NCBI GenBank assembly: GCA_011371455.1
Contig: DRQN01000076.1
Location: 1-40,546 of the forward strand
Source: Gammaproteobacteria bacterium
GTDB lineage: Bacteria; Pseudomonadota; Gammaproteobacteria; SZUA-152
Reading direction: 5' to 3'
Length of the DNA: 40,546 bases
In this document: in pieces, positions 31,082 through 40,546 of the stretch
Layout: each line of letters opens with the position of its first letter
Numbering within the stretch: position 1 is the stretch's first letter
Notes under the pieces: model-generated
Seen by the model: the letters and a program-made list of their open reading frames with translations, nothing else
Databases searched by the model: none
Told to the model about the DNA's origin: nothing
Translations under genes and position numbers: made by a program

Positions 31082-31108
31082 TTTTACGCATGGAATGACG
31101 TTCATCTT

Positions 31109-33559
31109 GTGAAAACTGTGAGAACCAATAAATTTATTTTCTCCACTCCACGTTTGGCGCTGGCACTGATGGCAGGCGTAGGGTTGCCCACGGCGCCGCC
31201 GGTTATTGCCGCGCCCGTTGTGAATCCTGCTGCGGAGCACCGCGCGGCGGTAGACCAGGCACGCCAGGGGGAATTCGCGACGGCGCTGAGGCGCCTGGCG
31301 GCTCTGCTCGAGGCCTATCCTGAAAACAAGGCATTCCGCCACGACTACATCAGTGTCCTCGCCTGGGCCGGTCGTGACGATGAGGTATTGCAGCAGTCGT
31401 CACGGCTCGATTTCGCCCGCATGCCTGTCTATGTGCTCGAGGCCATTGGCAAGTCGGCGCGTAATCGTCAGCGGCCGGCGCTGGCGGTCAAGGCCTATGA
31501 GGCCGCCTTGCAGCGCGATCCGCGCAACCGCCAGGCCGGCCTTGGCCTGGCCATGAGTCTGGCCGAGGCCAGGCGGCCCGCCGAGGCCGATGCGCAGATG
31601 GCGAGCCTGCTGCGCGCCGCGCCCCGCTCGGTGGAATTGCTGGAGGCGCTGGCCTATGTGAAGGAGGTCGACCGCGACTATGCCGGCGCCCTCGCTGCCT
31701 ATGACCGCCTGCTGCGCATTGCACCCAGGCACCGTGGCGCGCGGCGCGGCCGCATCCTTTCCCTGCTGCGCCTTGGTGTGCCCCATGAGGCCATCCGCCT
31801 GGCGCGTCGTGACGCCGACGTCTTCAGCATCGAGGACTGGCAGCGTATGACGGGAGACATGGCGGCGCGGGAGATTCGCTGGGGGCAGCTGCCCAGCCTG
31901 AACCCCGCCGATCGCTATCGCGACACGGATCGCGCCATCGAACGCCTGCAGGCCCAGTACCGCGAGATGGCGGACAAGGATGGCCCCGCCGCACGGCGCA
32001 ATCGCTTCGACCTGATCGCCGCCTATCGCAACCGCCGCCTGATGAAGGCGGCGGTAGACCTGTTCGAGCAACTACAGGCGCAGGGCGTGGCGACCTTCCC
32101 TCCCTATGTGCTGGCGGTTGCCGGTGATGCCTACCTTTCGTTACGCCAGCCGCAGCGGGCGGTGGCCCTGCTGGAGCAGTCGCTGGACAGATATGCCGAC
32201 GATCTGGACGCCCGGTATTCGCTGTTCTACGCCTATCAGGAGGCGGGGCAGTACGAGAAAGCGCTTGCACACATCGACCGTCTGGTGGCCTCGCTGCCGC
32301 AGTGGCTATGGCGGCCCGGCAGTCAGGAGCGCGAACCCAACATCGACAGACTGTATGCGCAGACCGTCGCCGCCATGGCGCGCGCCTATGTCGACCGGCT
32401 CGACGAGGCCCAACGCAGGCTGCAAGGCCAGCTTGCGCGCATGCCCGCCAGTACCGATGTGAGGGCCAGCCTGGGCAGTGTCTATTTATGGCGAGGCTGG
32501 CCGCGCCGAGCGCAGGCGGAGTACCGCGCGGTGCTGACGCTGGAGCCGGAGAACCTCGGTGCGCGTGTCGGCATGGTCAGTGTGCTGGCGGCGCGCGGCG
32601 ACTATGCCGCGGCCGATGCCGCGCTGGCGCCGCTGCAGGCCATCTACGGGGACGATACTCATGTGCGCAATCTGGCTCGTGATGCCGAGGTGCGCAAGAT
32701 GCGCGAAGTCTGGATGGAAGCCAGTGGCGGCTCCAGCAGCAACATCTACCAGGGCAGCAGTAACCTGTCCTTCAGCGCCTTTTATTACGACGAACCATGG
32801 AACCCCGGGCTGCGTCCCTTCGTTTACCTGAAACGGGCAGAGGCCGATTTTCAAGAACAGGCAGTGGGCCGCAATCGCTTTGCCGCCGGCGTGGATTATC
32901 GCCTGCGCGACATGCGGCTGCGCGGCAGCGTCAGCGACGGTGATGGCTCCATGGGTATTGCCGTGCAGGGCGAATGGATGCCCACGGATCGCTGGCGCGG
33001 CTATCTGTCGTTGCAGAGCTACAGTGAACAGACCCCCTTGCGCGCCGATTTGACGGGGGTCGAGGCCTGGTCCCTGGAGGCCGGCACGGAATACCGTTTT
33101 CATGAAAGCCGCAGTCTCGGCCTGTCGCTGCAAAGCATGAGTTTCGATGACGACAATCAGCGCAATACGTTTTCCGCCTTTGCCCGCCAGCGGCTGGTGA
33201 ACGGGCCGCGCTACAAGCTGAAGGGGCAGCTGTATCTCTACCACCAGACCAACACCATCGAAGGCACGGCCTATTTCAATCCGTCGCGGCAGGATTCCCT
33301 CGAACTGAGTCTCGACAACGAGTGGTTGACCTACCAGCACTATGAAAAGTCCATGCGCCAGCGGCTGGTGATCGGTGCCGGGCCGAGCAAGCAACAGGGA
33401 TTCGACAGCCAGTTGGCCTGGTCGCTGGGCTATGAGCATCACTGGAGTTTCAGCCGCCAGCTGAGTGTGAGTTACGGCATCAGCCGTTCCCGCCCGGTCT
33501 ATGACGGGGTGCAGGAACACACCACGCGCGGCTTCGTGAATTTGTATGCAAGGTTCTGA
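31109..33559 (+). CDS. pgaA: PNAG export porin PgaA (TPR repeats plus beta-barrel)
   Basis: Signal peptide, DYISVLAWAG, TPR region, RGWPRRA, YFNP, RPVYDG and C-terminal aromatic ARF. Confidence 0.93.
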   Translation: MKTVRTNKFIFSTPRLALALMAGVGLPTAPPVIAAPVVNPAAEHRAAVDQARQGEFATALRRLAALLEAYPENKAFRHDYISVLAWAGRDDEVLQQSSRLDFARMPVYVLEAIGKSARNRQRPALAVKAYEAALQRDPRNRQAGLGLAMSLAEARRPAEADAQMASLLRAAPRSVELLEALAYVKEVDRDYAGALAAYDRLLRIAPRHRGARRGRILSLLRLGVPHEAIRLARRDADVFSIEDWQRMTGDMAAREIRWGQLPSLNPADRYRDTDRAIERLQAQYREMADKDGPAARRNRFDLIAAYRNRRLMKAAVDLFEQLQAQGVATFPPYVLAVAGDAYLSLRQPQRAVALLEQSLDRYADDLDARYSLFYAYQEAGQYEKALAHIDRLVASLPQWLWRPGSQEREPNIDRLYAQTVAAMARAYVDRLDEAQRRLQGQLARMPASTDVRASLGSVYLWRGWPRRAQAEYRAVLTLEPENLGARVGMVSVLAARGDYAAADAALAPLQAIYGDDTHVRNLARDAEVRKMREVWMEASGGSSSNIYQGSSNLSFSAFYYDEPWNPGLRPFVYLKRAEADFQEQAVGRNRFAAGVDYRLRDMRLRGSVSDGDGSMGIAVQGEWMPTDRWRGYLSLQSYSEQTPLRADLTGVEAWSLEAGTEYRFHESRSLGLSLQSMSFDDDNQRNTFSAFARQRLVNGPRYKLKGQLYLYHQTNTIEGTAYFNPSRQDSLELSLDNEWLTYQHYEKSMRQRLVIGAGPSKQQGFDSQLAWSLGYEHHWSFSRQLSVSYGISRSRPVYDGVQEHTTRGFVNLYARF

Positions 33560-33561
33560 TC

Positions 33562-35544
33562 ATGACGATTAACTTGAAAAGGATAACCCCATGGTCGCCG
33601 GCGCGGATGCTGCGACGCCTGGGACTGGCGGTGCTGTTGCTCGCGCTTGCCATGCCGGCCAGCGCCGAACTGCTGGTGCTGTCCTACCACGAGGCGAGCC
33701 ATGCGGTGGGCCGCGACAAGGGTTTCAAGGCCATGATGCTGGATACCACGGAACTGGCGGCGCAGTTCTCCTGGCTCAAGGAGCACGGCTATGTGGCCGT
33801 GGACGTGGACGACCTGCTGGCGGCGCAGAAGGGTGAGCGCCCGTTGCCGGAAAAAGCCGTGTTGCTGAGCTTCGACGATGGCTACGCGGGCATGTACGAA
33901 CAGGTCTACCCGTTACTGCGTGCCTTCGATTATCGCGCCGTGCTGGCGGTGGTGGGGAAGTGGCAGGAGACGCCGGCCAACGAGCCGGTGATGTACGGTA
34001 CTGAACCGGTATCCCGCGATTATTTCCTCAGTTGGCAGCAGATCCGCGAAATGGTGGCGTCCGGGTATGTGGAAGTCGCCTCGCACAGCTACGACCTGCA
34101 CCGCGGGGTGCTGGCCAACCCGCAGGGCAACACCCTGCCGGCGGCGGTGAGCATGATCTACGACGCCAGGACGGGGCAGTACGAAAGCGAGGCGGAGTAT
34201 CGCGCGCGCATTCGCCGTGATTTGAAACGCAACGCCGACCTCATCGCGCGCCGTACCGGGCAGCGGCCACGCGTCATGGTCTGGCCCTATGGTGCCTATA
34301 ACCGCGTCACCATCGAGATCGCGCGTGAGCTGGGCATGCCCGTCACCATGAGCCTGGAAGATGACAAGGTGAACATCAACGACCTCGGCCGCGTGGGGCG
34401 CCTGCTGATTGGGCATGGTACGACGCTGACGGACTTTGTCTGGCAGGTGAACAACCATATCAAGCCGCGCATAAAGCCGCAGCGTGTCGTGCATCTGGAT
34501 CTCGATTATGTCTACGACCCCGACCCCAAACAGCAGGAAGTGAACCTGGGCAAGCTGCTGGACCGGGTCAAGGCGCTGGGTGTCAACACCGTCTACCTGC
34601 AGGCCTATGCCGATCCCGACGGCGATGGCAATGCCGATGCCCTGTACTTCCCCAACCGCCACCTGCCCATGCGCGCCGACCTGTTCAACCGTGTTTCCTG
34701 GCAGTTGCGCACCCGCGTCGGTGTACAGGTCTATGCCTGGCTGCCGGTGCTGGCCTATGACCTGCCCGTGGACCACCCGCTGGCCAAGGCCCGGGTGGTC
34801 GCCTCGCCGGCGCGCAAGCCCGGCACGGAAGACTATCGGCGGCTGTCACCTTTCAATCCGCAGGCCCTGCGTTTTGTCGGCGATATTTACGAAGACCTGG
34901 CCAGGCTGGCGCCGCTCGACGGCCTGATTTTTCACGACGACGCCTATTTGAGTGACCATGAGGATGCCAGCGAGTGGGCATTGAAAGTCTACCGGGATAA
35001 CTGGAAATTGCCGGCAGATATTGGCGCTATTCGGGCCGATGCGCAGCTGTTCGAACGCTGGACCCGGCGCAAGACCAAGGCCCTGGCGCAGTGGACCGAT
35101 GCCCTCGCCGAGCGCGCACGCCGGTATCGGCCGGATCTCAAGACCGCGCGCAATATGTATGCCACGGTCATCATGAATCCGCGCGCCGAGGCGTGGCTTG
35201 CCCAGTCCCTGGACGTATTTCTCGAGCACTACGACTATGTGGCGCTAATGGCCATGCCCTACATGGAGCAGGCCAGGGACCCGCAGGCCTGGCTGGCGTC
35301 GCTGGTGGCGCGCGTGGCGGCGACGCCGGGCGCCCTCGACAAGACGGTGTTCGAGCTGCAAAGCGTGGACTGGCGCAAGCAGGCGCCTGTCGATGGTGCC
35401 GTGCTGGCCGATCAGATGCAGCTGCTGTTGCACAAGGGCGTACTTAACTTTGGCTACTACCCGGATGATTTCATTCAGGGGCGGCCATCGCTCGATGCAG
35501 TGAGAGCCGTTATCTCCCTGGCCCCTATCCCGAAGGAGAACTGA
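33562..35544 (+). CDS. pgaB: PNAG N-deacetylase/glycoside hydrolase PgaB
   Basis: LSYH, LLSFDDGY, ASHSYDLH, VWPYG, HLDLDYVYDPD, YFPNRHLPMRADLF and GYYPDDF. Confidence 0.96.
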   Translation: MTINLKRITPWSPARMLRRLGLAVLLLALAMPASAELLVLSYHEASHAVGRDKGFKAMMLDTTELAAQFSWLKEHGYVAVDVDDLLAAQKGERPLPEKAVLLSFDDGYAGMYEQVYPLLRAFDYRAVLAVVGKWQETPANEPVMYGTEPVSRDYFLSWQQIREMVASGYVEVASHSYDLHRGVLANPQGNTLPAAVSMIYDARTGQYESEAEYRARIRRDLKRNADLIARRTGQRPRVMVWPYGAYNRVTIEIARELGMPVTMSLEDDKVNINDLGRVGRLLIGHGTTLTDFVWQVNNHIKPRIKPQRVVHLDLDYVYDPDPKQQEVNLGKLLDRVKALGVNTVYLQAYADPDGDGNADALYFPNRHLPMRADLFNRVSWQLRTRVGVQVYAWLPVLAYDLPVDHPLAKARVVASPARKPGTEDYRRLSPFNPQALRFVGDIYEDLARLAPLDGLIFHDDAYLSDHEDASEWALKVYRDNWKLPADIGAIRADAQLFERWTRRKTKALAQWTDALAERARRYRPDLKTARNMYATVIMNPRAEAWLAQSLDVFLEHYDYVALMAMPYMEQARDPQAWLASLVARVAATPGALDKTVFELQSVDWRKQAPVDGAVLADQMQLLLHKGVLNFGYYPDDFIQGRPSLDAVRAVISLAPIPKEN

Positions 35545-35546
35545 TC

Positions 35547-36809
35547 ATGGACAGTTGGTTTTCGACCTATCTGAATTGGGCGCTGGTCTTTGCCTATGCC
35601 TATCCGCTGTTCATGGCCTATGTGTGGATGGTGGGTGGCCTGCAGTATTTCTTCAAATGGGAGCGTGGCCAGTCCACGGGCGCCGATGCGCTCAAGCTGC
35701 CGGACTTTCCCCCGGTGAGCATCCTCGTGCCCTGCCACAACGAGGGGGACAATCTGCGTGAAACCATCGCCGCCCTGGACAGGCAGAATTATCCCGATTT
35801 CGAGATCGTCGCCATCAATGACGGCAGCAGCGACAACACGGCAGAACTGCTGGACGAACTGGGTAGGCACTATTCCCGTTTGCGGGTGGTGCATCTGGCG
35901 GAGAACCAGGGCAAGGCCATGGCCTTGCGCATGGGCGCAATGGCATCGCGCAATGAATTCCTGATTTGCGTCGACGGTGATGCCTTGCTGGATGCCGATG
36001 CCACGGCCTGGATCATCAAACATTTCGTCGGCAGCTGCCGTGTGGGTGCGGTGACCGGAAACCCCCGTGTGCGCACCCGTTCCACCCTGCTGGGCAAGAT
36101 CCAGGTGGGTGAATTTTCCTCCATTATCGGCCTGATCAAGCGGGCGCAGCGCATCTACGGCCGCGTATTCACCATTTCCGGTGTGGTGGCCGGGTTCCGC
36201 AAGTCGGCCCTGCTGGAAGTGGGTTACTGGAGCACGGACGCCATCACCGAAGACATCGATGTAAGCTGGAAGCTGCACCTGGCCGGCTGGGATATCCGCT
36301 TCGAGCCCAATGCCCTGTGTTGGATCCTGATGCCAGAGACCCTCAAGGGGTTGTGGAGCCAGCGCCTGCGCTGGGCCCGGGGCGGGGTGGAAGTCTTTAC
36401 CCGCTACCTGCCGAAGATCCTGCATTTTCGCCAGCGGCGCCTGTGGTTGCTGTTTGCGGAATACCTGGTCAGCGTGCTGTGGGCCTATACGATCCTCTTC
36501 CTGATCTTGCTGTGGCCGGTGATGCAGCTCATCCCGCAGATGGAGGGTACGACCACCTTTTCCGTTCTGCCGGGCTCGGCCGGCCTGTTGCTGGGGCTGA
36601 CATGCCTGGTTCAGTTCGCGGTGAGTTTCTACATCGACGGACGCTATGAAAAAGGCTTGGGGAGGCTGTATTACTGGATGATCTGGTATCCCCTGGTGTA
36701 TTGGTTGATCAACCTGTTGACCCTGGTGGTAGCGGTGCCCAAGGTACTGTTGCGGCCGCGCGGCAAGCGCGCCACCTGGGTCAGTCCTGACCGAGGAGTA
36801 CGTCCATGA
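35547..36809 (+). CDS. pgaC: PNAG synthase PgaC (GT2)
   Basis: PCHNE, INDGSSD, CVDGD, ITEDID and QRLRW. Confidence 0.97.
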   Translation: MDSWFSTYLNWALVFAYAYPLFMAYVWMVGGLQYFFKWERGQSTGADALKLPDFPPVSILVPCHNEGDNLRETIAALDRQNYPDFEIVAINDGSSDNTAELLDELGRHYSRLRVVHLAENQGKAMALRMGAMASRNEFLICVDGDALLDADATAWIIKHFVGSCRVGAVTGNPRVRTRSTLLGKIQVGEFSSIIGLIKRAQRIYGRVFTISGVVAGFRKSALLEVGYWSTDAITEDIDVSWKLHLAGWDIRFEPNALCWILMPETLKGLWSQRLRWARGGVEVFTRYLPKILHFRQRRLWLLFAEYLVSVLWAYTILFLILLWPVMQLIPQMEGTTTFSVLPGSAGLLLGLTCLVQFAVSFYIDGRYEKGLGRLYYWMIWYPLVYWLINLLTLVVAVPKVLLRPRGKRATWVSPDRGVRP

Positions 36810-37336
36810 ATAACAAGAGCCCGCTGATTATCGAAAGTCCGCAGCGCCAGGGAGGCGTGCGCAGGGTTGTCCAGGGAACGCTGACCCTGGGGCTGTGGTT
36901 GTTATGGCTTTACCTGATGCTGCCGGTATTCGAACCACTGCTGGCGCTGGCTGGCATCGACCTGTCGGCCATGGGGATGGCGGCGAAGGTGGTCGATGTC
37001 GGGATATTCGTCCTGGTGCTGGCGCTGGTTGGCGCGGTGATGCTGGGGTTCTGGCTGTGGGCCCGCTACAACACCCTGCTGCATCGTTTTCGCCGCGCGG
37101 GCAAGGAAGAGTGCGCCAGTGTTGGCCGCGATGAACTGGCGGACTCGTTCGGCATCTGCCCCCTGGCGCTGACCGATTGGCATGGTTCCGGGCAACTGGT
37201 GATCCGGCTCACCGAGCAGGGCGGCATTTGCTCCGTCAAGGCAGGGGAGCTGAAGGTCTATCACTTTGCGCAGGAGGCCCCGGCGAATGAGCCGCTGCTG
37301 CAGGATGATGCGCTGGCTGTTTCAAGGGCTAGCTAG
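36806..37336 (+). CDS. pgaD: PNAG synthase accessory subunit PgaD
   Basis: PLII at the N-terminus, two TM helices, WARYN motif and ATGA overlap with pgaC. Confidence 0.88.
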   Translation: MNNKSPLIIESPQRQGGVRRVVQGTLTLGLWLLWLYLMLPVFEPLLALAGIDLSAMGMAAKVVDVGIFVLVLALVGAVMLGFWLWARYNTLLHRFRRAGKEECASVGRDELADSFGICPLALTDWHGSGQLVIRLTEQGGICSVKAGELKVYHFAQEAPANEPLLQDDALAVSRAS

Positions 37337-37400
37337 GGGGCGTTCTCAATTGGACAACTAACAGTTCGGTAGGGTGGGCACGTTTTATGTGGCCACGCGG
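37334..37400. repeat. Solo copy of the MITE terminus plus a GTAG-type REP-like palindrome
   Basis: TAGGGGGCGTTCTCAAT (37334-37350) is identical to 19646-19662. It is followed by GTAGGGTGGGCAC-gttttat-GTGGCCAC from 37369. Confidence 0.7.
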
Positions 37401-37433
37401 TATTGCTAACGTTCCCCCACTCTCTTGAAGGTT

Positions 37434-38177
37434 CTATTCATGGTTAGGCAGCACCGCGCCGCGCTCGAAACGCCGCCACTGCCCTTCATGCAACAGTTCC
37501 AGCGGGCGGTATTCCTGCTTGTAGCGCATCTTCGGGCTGGCGGCGATCCAGTAGCCCAGATACAGGGCGTCCAGCCCCCGCCGCTGCGCCTCGCCGATGG
37601 CCCACAGCACGCTGTGGCGCCCCGGGCTGTGCGCGCTCAGCCCGGGTTCGAAAAAGGTATACACCGCCGACAGGCCCTGGCCCAGCACGTCCAGCACGCT
37701 CACCGCCATCAGCCGCCCTTGCAGGCGGAATTCCACGACCAGGGTCTCTGACCAGGGGCTGCTGAGAAACTCCAGATAACGTTCCGGATCCGGGTCGTCC
37801 ATGCCGCTGCCGGGGTGGCGGCTGGCCATGTAGCGGCGGTAGAGGGCAAAGTGCTCCTCGTCGAAGGCGACCGACCGCAGCGTGGCCTGCACGGCCCGGT
37901 TGGCCTTCAGGGTGCGGCGCTGGGCGCGGCTGGGCTGGAAGGCGCTCACCGGGATGCGCATCGGCAGGCAGGCCTGGCAGTGCGGGCAGCGCGGCCGGTA
38001 GATGTGGCTGCCGCTGCGGCGAAAACCGAAGTCCGCCAGGCGGCTGTAGATGGCCATGTCCATGGGGGCGCCGGGGTCCGTGAACAGGTTCACCGTGTCA
38101 CGCCCCGGCAGGTAGCTGCAGGGATGGGGGCGGCTGGCGAAGAAGGTCAGTTGGTTCTGCGGGGGCTTGGCGGTCAT
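37434..38177 (-). CDS. bpt: Bpt/ATE-like aminoacyl-tRNA-protein transferase (Asp/Glu-specific leucyltransferase family)
   Basis: HPCSYLPG, GFRRSG..IYRPRC..C.AC, GLSAVYTFFEP and YLGYWI....KMRYK. ATG38177 is just downstream of aat. Confidence 0.93.
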   Translation of the reverse strand: MTAKPPQNQLTFFASRPHPCSYLPGRDTVNLFTDPGAPMDMAIYSRLADFGFRRSGSHIYRPRCPHCQACLPMRIPVSAFQPSRAQRRTLKANRAVQATLRSVAFDEEHFALYRRYMASRHPGSGMDDPDPERYLEFLSSPWSETLVVEFRLQGRLMAVSVLDVLGQGLSAVYTFFEPGLSAHSPGRHSVLWAIGEAQRRGLDALYLGYWIAASPKMRYKQEYRPLELLHEGQWRRFERGAVLPNHE

Positions 38178-38182
38178 GGGGC

Positions 38183-38902
38183 TCAGGGTTCGGGGCGGAA
38201 GGTGGTCCAGCGGCCGCTGCGGCCGGCCTGGGGGCACCAATGGTCCAGCAGTTGGCGGAAGTGTTCGCGGTCGATGTTCTCGGCGCCCAGGCTTTCCAGG
38301 TGCGCCGAATGCACCTGGCAGTCCACCAGCCCGTAGCCCCATTGTTCGAGCTGCCGCACCAGCTGCACGAAGGCCACCTTGGAGGCGTCGCGGGTGCGGC
38401 TGAACATGGATTCGCCGAAGAACACCCGGCCGATGCCGATGCCGTAGAGGCCACCGACCAGTTCATCATCGAGCCAGCATTCCACGCAATGGGCGTGGCC
38501 CAGTTCAAACAGGTGCCGGTAGGCTTGCTGCATTTCCTCGGTGATCCAGGTGCCGCCTTCGCCGTTGCCGCGAGGCGCGCTGCAGGCTTCGATGACGGCC
38601 TTGAAGGCGCTGTCGGCGCTCAGCCGGAAGCGCTGCTGGCGCAGGGTCTTGCGCAGGCTGCGGGAGACATGCAGCTTGCGGGGAAACAGTACCATGCGTG
38701 GGTTGGGCGACCACCAGAGGATTGGCTGGCCATGGTTGTACCAGGGAAAGATGCCTTGCCGGTAGGCGGCCAGCAGGCGCTGCGGACGGAGATCGCCACC
38801 CACCGCCAACAGACCGTCCGGCTCGTCCAGCGCCAGGGAGATATCGGGGAAGGCGTGATTCGCATCCTGCGGATCGATCCAGAAGGGGGCTAGCCCACGC
38901 AT
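38183..38902 (-). CDS. aat: Leucyl/phenylalanyl-tRNA-protein transferase
   Basis: GLLAVGGDL...[33 protein letters not shown] and DASKVA. Confidence 0.97.
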   Translation of the reverse strand: MRGLAPFWIDPQDANHAFPDISLALDEPDGLLAVGGDLRPQRLLAAYRQGIFPWYNHGQPILWWSPNPRMVLFPRKLHVSRSLRKTLRQQRFRLSADSAFKAVIEACSAPRGNGEGGTWITEEMQQAYRHLFELGHAHCVECWLDDELVGGLYGIGIGRVFFGESMFSRTRDASKVAFVQLVRQLEQWGYGLVDCQVHSAHLESLGAENIDREHFRQLLDHWCPQAGRSGRWTTFRPEP

Positions 38903-39101
38903 GTATTCGCCCTCGCGTCGTCGGCCTTGAAGAGTAGGATGTCCACCAAGCGCTTCCATGCAAGTCTGCATGGTGCGGGTTTCGCACTACAGAGTTCGGA
39001 AATATCGTCGATAATGGTGCTGTGCAGCTGCATGACTGTGCACTCTACACGATTGATTCATATTGAGAACCGTGCTTCCGGGATAGGGGGGTTGGAGAAA
39101 G

Positions 39102-39779
39102 ATGTCTGAGCTGGCACTGGATATTGGCGATATCCTGCAATTGCAATTTCTTGGCGACGACAGCGAGGCGCGCTATTACGTCAAGGTCATCGGTTATCTG
39201 GAGGAGCGCAGCCTGCTGGTTACGGCGCCTCAGTCGAACGGTAAGCTGTTGCGGGTGCGTGATGGCCAGCCGTTGGCGGCGCGCATGATGGCCGGCACGG
39301 ATCTGGTGGGCTTTACCGTCTCGGTGCTGCGCAGTTGCGCCGTGCCCTATCCCTATCTGCACCTGAGTTATCCCAAGGATCTGCAGAGCGTCACCGTGCG
39401 CAAATCGTTGCGTGTCGCCCTGGACATGGGCGCCACGGTGCGGCCCTGCGATATCGGCAGCGAGGACATCGCCCCCGAGGTGGAAGCGCACGAAGTGGTG
39501 ATTCGTGACATGAGCACCACCGGTGCCCTGCTGGTGGCCGATGCGCCGCTGGCGGACACCGGCGACAGCCTGACGGTTTCGGTGAATATCGAAGTCGCGG
39601 AAATGGTCGAGAATCTGAACTTTGCCGTGGTGGTGCGCAACATCAAGGTCGAACCGGCGCAGGAAAGGGGACGGCCCAGCCAGTTTCTGCACGGTGTCGA
39701 ATTCCAGTTCGCCGACCGCCGCGAGTCGGTGCTGTTGCATGCCTTCGTCTATGAACAGATCGTGCGTAACCACGATTAG
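39102..39779 (+). CDS. PilZ-domain c-di-GMP receptor, YcgR/flagellar-brake-like
   Basis: N-terminal PilZN-like region (VIGY...SLLVTAP), RKSLR (RxxxR) and DMSTTG (DxSxxG); GGAG RBS. Confidence 0.9.
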   Translation: MSELALDIGDILQLQFLGDDSEARYYVKVIGYLEERSLLVTAPQSNGKLLRVRDGQPLAARMMAGTDLVGFTVSVLRSCAVPYPYLHLSYPKDLQSVTVRKSLRVALDMGATVRPCDIGSEDIAPEVEAHEVVIRDMSTTGALLVADAPLADTGDSLTVSVNIEVAEMVENLNFAVVVRNIKVEPAQERGRPSQFLHGVEFQFADRRESVLLHAFVYEQIVRNHD

Positions 39780-39808
39780 CCGCCGATGGCCGGGTTCCAG
39801 GAGGTTCG

Positions 39809-39998
39809 ACGCAAAGGCGCCAGGACGCAAAGAATTCTTGAATGTGGAATTCCAGTATTTTTGGTGGAGCGCAGCGTAGGCCCGGAGCCCAGAAGCTCAC
39901 CCAGCGCCTCCCGGGTTCCCGCATGCGTTGCAATACGGGAAAACTCCCTTGTTTCCATTTTCCACCTTTGCGTTCTTTGCGTCCTGGCGCCTTTGCGT
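39809..39998. repeat. 26-bp perfect inverted repeat pair enclosing ~138 bp (REPIN/MITE-like)
   Basis: ACGCAAAGGCGCCAGGACGCAAAGAA (39809-39834) and its exact reverse complement at 39973-39998. Confidence 0.8.
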
Positions 39999-40065
39999 TG
40001 AAAAAGATACTCCAGATCAGGCTGCGCAAAAAAGTCGCCGCCCGGTCCGGGCCCGACGGCGTCGT

Positions 40066-40546
<481 letters not shown>

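Noticed and set aside
27004-38902. Clustering of N-degron genes (clpS, clpA, bpt, aat) as a novelty
   Set aside because: This is an established conserved neighbourhood.

Overview
A GC-rich gammaproteobacterial chromosomal segment, mostly core genes with accessory inserts. Left to right: the edge of a probable YD/RHS-repeat ORF (minus strand, running off the window); a three-gene cluster for secreted or surface proteins of unknown function (a small 4-Cys protein, a prenyltransferase-repeat/Ig/TSP3-repeat protein and a 'QDTGEF' repeat protein); CIRCE-preceded groES-groEL; a usp gene; a seven-gene alternative complex III (actA-B1-B2-C-D-E-F, split ActB) directly followed by a cytochrome bc1 operon (petABC) and sspAB; a macrodomain gene; a rhombosortase divergent from gspG-N with a nested-hairpin MITE between them; icd; clpS-clpA; infA; an inserted region with a small hypothetical gene and pgaABCD bounded by repeat remnants; bpt/ate-aat; a PilZ/YcgR-like gene; and the 3' half of trxB. 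The strongest candidates for novelty are the left-edge secreted-protein locus, the tandem ACIII+bc1 arrangement with atypical Act subunits, and a 20-bp motif repeated three times upstream of pgaA. All calls come from motif reading without database searches.
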